Origin: Poseidonia sp.
GTDB lineage: Archaea; Thermoplasmatota; Poseidoniia; Poseidoniales; Poseidoniaceae
NCBI GenBank assembly: GCA_030827475.1
Contig: JAUREJ010000006.1
Span: 4,024 to 68,023 of the forward strand
Reading direction: 5' to 3'
DNA length: 64,000 nt
Of this stretch, positions 61,429 to 64,000 are shown one piece after another (within the stretch, counting starts at the first letter, position 1; each line of letters starts with the position of its first letter). The position numbers and the translations under genes are program-made. Below the pieces are notes generated by a model. It was given only the letters and a program-made list of their open reading frames with translations, made no database searches and was not told the origin of the DNA.

Positions 61429-62460
61429 TCACTCCGAGGAAAACTTCTCGTCCAGGTAGGCGGTAATCCCGGGCACGTGCTCAATCAGCGATCCGTAATC
61501 GCCCAAGTGCGATGCGGTGTCAACTTCGATGACGCTGGGGGCGTTGAGGATGTTGGCGAGGATTTGGCGCCCGTCTTCAGAAGCATTGAGCGCCACCAAG
61601 GCAGCAACCAAGCTGGATTTTGTTTCGTCGTCAATTGAATCGGGCTGGTACATCAGCGGGTGTGAAGGGGCTTGCCCGAACGGTGGAAGGGGGGTGTAAC
61701 GGTCCCGGTCCAAGCACCATGCCTCACGGTCTCCGTTTTCGGGACAGTACGTGTCGACGCTCGTGTCTTTGACGAACGCCACCGCACCCTCGCCCTCGGA
61801 GAGGCAACGAAGCGCACCCCCGTATCCGTAATAGGGCGTACCCGATTCAGGAATCACGGCGTCCTCGGAAAAGTGATTGAAGATGGTCGAACGCAGGGAC
61901 TCGATATCGTCCTCATCCCCCACCACTTCAGCGTAGCCTTCCCCGATGAAATAGCCCATCGGAATCAACATCCCCGCTGATTTGAGCCACCCGGTGTGGC
62001 ACGTTACGCTGCCCTCGAGCAGGGCAAAGGGGTCGGTTGTGTCGTCGTTGTCGGTGGCCGCCTGACCGGCATCGCTCTCGGTAAGCACCCATGCTTGGGC
62101 ATTGTAGTGCGAACGGCCGTCGGCGTTCGTGCTGGCCGCCATCGCTTCCAGCCCGTATTGCTGCCAGCCCATCCAAGCAGCACCGCCGTCAAGAAACGCC
62201 ATGTCTGCACTTCCGAAGCGGAGGGCTTCAAGGGCGAGGGCGTCGGAGGTGATGGCGTACAATTCCACGGATTTTCCTGTCGCTTCGCTGAGGTAATCGG
62301 CGAGTTTCTGTGGGTTGTCGTCGAAACTCGCGTAATCGTCCTTTACGGCAAAGGCGATTCGCAACGTGTCGCCGCCTTCGTTGGAGAGGCACCCACTCAA
62401 GCCTGCCAAAACCATGGTCAGGCAGAGAAAAAGGGCGTTTGACCGTGATGACCAGTTCAT
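61429..62460 (-). CDS. phnD: PhnD-family periplasmic-type substrate-binding lipoprotein
   Basis: Start moved to ATG 62460 (MNWSSRSNALFLCLTMVLAGLSGC lipobox). This removes the overlap with the tRNA. TLRIAFAV...YAITSDALALEALRFGSADMAFLDGGA fits the PhnD family. Confidence 0.75.
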   Translation of the reverse strand: MNWSSRSNALFLCLTMVLAGLSGCLSNEGGDTLRIAFAVKDDYASFDDNPQKLADYLSEATGKSVELYAITSDALALEALRFGSADMAFLDGGAAWMGWQQYGLEAMAASTNADGRSHYNAQAWVLTESDAGQAATDNDDTTDPFALLEGSVTCHTGWLKSAGMLIPMGYFIGEGYAEVVGDEDDIESLRSTIFNHFSEDAVIPESGTPYYGYGGALRCLSEGEGAVAFVKDTSVDTYCPENGDREAWCLDRDRYTPLPPFGQAPSHPLMYQPDSIDDETKSSLVAALVALNASEDGRQILANILNAPSVIEVDTASHLGDYGSLIEHVPGITAYLDEKFSSE

Positions 62461-62578
62461 GAAAACACCTCCGACACCTTGCGGTTTAGGCCACCCGAAA
62501 ATCCTGACTCGTATAATGTTTAGGGCGCCCGAAACACTTTCAGGAACTGGGAGCAAAAGGGTATGGTTTGAGCGGAAG

Positions 62579-62651
62579 TAGTCCCTCCCGGATTCGAACC
62601 GAGGTCGGAGGAACCAGAATCCTCCATGATGGACCGCTACACTAAGGGACT
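62579..62651 (-). tRNA. tRNA-Gln (anticodon CUG)
   Basis: Hand-folded cloverleaf: acceptor AGTCCCT/AGGGACT (A1:U72), D-arm GTGT...TCAT with GG in the loop, anticodon stem GAGGA/TCCTC with loop TTCTGGT, T-arm CTCGG-TTCGAAT-CCGGG, discriminator A. No encoded CCA. Confidence 0.85.
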
Positions 62652-62703
62652 TTGGTCGGGCGAGCGACCTCGCCTTCTTCAACTCAGCGGTAAGCCGTGA
62701 CCT

Positions 62704-62898
62704 TCATACCGAAACGAAACGAAACAGAACCTTTGACACCCACGAGAGGATCATGATGATCATGAACGACGCGAGCGCATATTTTGCCCAGGGACGTGGT
62801 GGTTTTGTCTCCGGCCAGAGGTCAATGCCCATCGCTTCGGCTTGGGCCACCAAGTCGGCCAACTCGGCCAGGTGTTCTTCCACCGAATCATGGGCCAT
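62704..62898 (-). CDS. Small tail-anchored membrane protein (64 aa), hypothetical
   Basis: MAHDSVEEHLAELADLV... followed by one C-terminal hydrophobic helix, ALASFMIIMILSWVSKVLF. The call is weak. Confidence 0.3.
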   Translation of the reverse strand: MAHDSVEEHLAELADLVAQAEAMGIDLWPETKPPRPWAKYALASFMIIMILSWVSKVLFRFVSV

Positions 62899-62988
62899 GC
62901 CTCGTTCTCGTGGCCCCGTTATTTCAAGTCCCCGCCACCGCCTCACTCACTCACAAGCCTTTGAAAGGACAGTCATCAACGCCTCGAC

Positions 62989-64000
62989 ATGAGTGAGGTC
63001 CCCGAAGGCGTTGTCATGGCCGCACCCAAGCGCGGCTCACCGCGTCCAACCGCCACCATGACCCTCACACGAGACGGTCCCGATGGCGTGGAGGTGCTGC
63101 TTGGCCTCCGTTCGGTGACGATGGGAGCTTTTCCAAACTACTGGGCTTTTCCTGGTGGAGGTGTTTCCTCCGTTGACCGAGCAGCCGTCGAGGCCTTGCC
63201 GCAACTCAAGGGAAGTCAGGGGCCGTCCATTGCGTGCATCTTGCGGGAAATGAGCGAAGAATTGGGCCTCACGCCCACGTCCAACGGGGCGGTCACCCTC
63301 CCCGAAGACGCTCGGAGGGCCATCGTTGAAGACAAGCGGCAATGGCTTCCCTTGGTGCAATCCGGGCGGTTCCCGTTCGATATTTCGGGCATCAGGACGC
63401 TCAGTCATCGCATCACCCCGCCCTTTGGTCCCGTACAATTTGACAACACCTTTCTGCAGTTGCACCTCGGTTCTTGGGAAACGGTTCCAGCCATTGACCT
63501 TGAACCGCAAACCGAATTCACCGAGGTGATGTGGGCAACTCCCACCAACATCCTCGGGCGTTGGATGAAGCACGAAATCAAAGTGGCGCCCCCCGTGGTC
63601 ACCCTGCTTATGGAAATCGAACGTACCCTTGAGCGGTGCAACCGTGACATGGTGTTGGCCTCGGAGGACATCGCCGCCCGTTTACCCGGAAGAAGGGCAA
63701 TTCTCTTTGCGCACGGCGTCGAAGTCGTCCCCATCAAGACCGCAACCTTGCCGCCTGCCGACCACACCAATTGTTACCTGGTCGGCGACCCAGAAGGCGA
63801 ATTCGTTCTCGTCGACCCCGCCATCCGAATGCGAGAGGACATGGAAGCCTTGGCCACGGCCGTGGAACGGCATCGAGGTGAACTTGCAGCCGTTGTCTTC
63901 ACCCACAGCCACGCCGATCATCTCGCCGATATGTCGCTCCTGCGGGAGGCTTTTGACGTCCCCATTTGGGGCTCTTCGTACACGGCAAAGAGCGTCCCTT
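62989..64000 (+). CDS. Nudix hydrolase fused to a metallo-beta-lactamase-fold domain, truncated by the window end
   Basis: Not in the ORF track (open at the edge). Hand translation gives ...FPNYWAFPGGGVSSVD...ILREMSEELGL (Nudix-box-like) and later NCYLVGDPEGEFVLVDP...VVFTHSHADHLAD (MBL HxHxDH motif). Start uncertain (ATG 62989, 63016 or 63058). Confidence 0.65.
   Translation, partial: MSEVPEGVVMAAPKRGSPRPTATMTLTRDGPDGVEVLLGLRSVTMGAFPNYWAFPGGGVSSVDRAAVEALPQLKGSQGPSIACILREMSEELGLTPTSNGAVTLPEDARRAIVEDKRQWLPLVQSGRFPFDISGIRTLSHRITPPFGPVQFDNTFLQLHLGSWETVPAIDLEPQTEFTEVMWATPTNILGRWMKHEIKVAPPVVTLLMEIERTLERCNRDMVLASEDIAARLPGRRAILFAHGVEVVPIKTATLPPADHTNCYLVGDPEGEFVLVDPAIRMREDMEALATAVERHRGELAAVVFTHSHADHLADMSLLREAFDVPIWGSSYTAKSVP

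Noticed and set aside
61429-62682. Full 417-aa ORF-track version of the PhnD-like gene, and the long N-terminal extensions of other ORFs (11060, 19686, 54444, 36663, 33507, 48295)
   Set aside because: The 5' extension would run through the tRNA-Gln (62579..62651), and a lipobox start exists at 62460. Similar extensions overlap upstream genes, while internal ATGs with SD motifs fit better.

Overview
The window has three parts.

(1) Flanks, 1-25.5 kb and 54.9-64 kb. These are GC-rich: two hand-counted 60-nt lines gave 53% and 65% G+C. They are densely coding chromosomal DNA with ordinary metabolic and housekeeping genes:
- xanthine-dehydrogenase/CO-dehydrogenase-family subunits plus XdhC and MocA maturation factors
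- a membrane-anchored S8 protease, oligoribonuclease, acyl-CoA dehydrogenase, a CaCA exchanger and an aquaporin
- a fused 2-oxoacid dehydrogenase E1, an MFS transporter, a Kv-type K+ channel, MoeB/ThiF-rhodanese and TrxB
- a ribB-ribL-ribE-ribH operon, GpsA, a PhnCDE-type ABC transporter, tRNA-Gln(CUG) and a Nudix-MBL fusion running off the right edge

RibL, an archaeal-type RibB and an A1:U72 tRNA-Gln suggest an archaeal host. A marine Group II (Poseidoniales-like) euryarchaeon is plausible, but this is inference and was not checked against any database.

(2) Island, about 25.5-54.9 kb. This block is sharply AT-richer: two hand-counted lines gave 32% and 42% G+C. It is filled almost completely by one minus-strand array of 11 genes (450, 1557, 1137, 2057, 660, 561, 476, 459, 922, 976 and 247 aa; about 9,500 codons).
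- Gene junctions are ATGA/GTGA/TAATG overlaps, 8-14 nt overlaps or 0-1 nt spacers.
- Internal starts carry GGAGG/GGTGG-type Shine-Dalgarno motifs.
- The only two apparent gaps are each bridged by a micro-ORF (25 and 33 aa) whose stop overlaps the next ATG.
- The recognisable domains are peripheral: CBS modules at the operon head (plus a divergent CBS-pair gene), a C-terminal GHSxG lipase-like hydrolase, an NlpC/P60-like domain with a peptidoglycan-binding-like domain, one He_PIG/cadherin-like Ig domain, and a secreted thrombospondin-type-3 repeat protein with a polytopic membrane partner at the distal end.
- Most of the coding mass matches no motif I can name.
- I saw no integrase, transposase, capsid or terminase, contractile sheath or tube, or P-loop ATPase.

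This island operon is my main candidate for an undescribed system. All domain calls are by-eye motif recognition and need HMM or structure confirmation.
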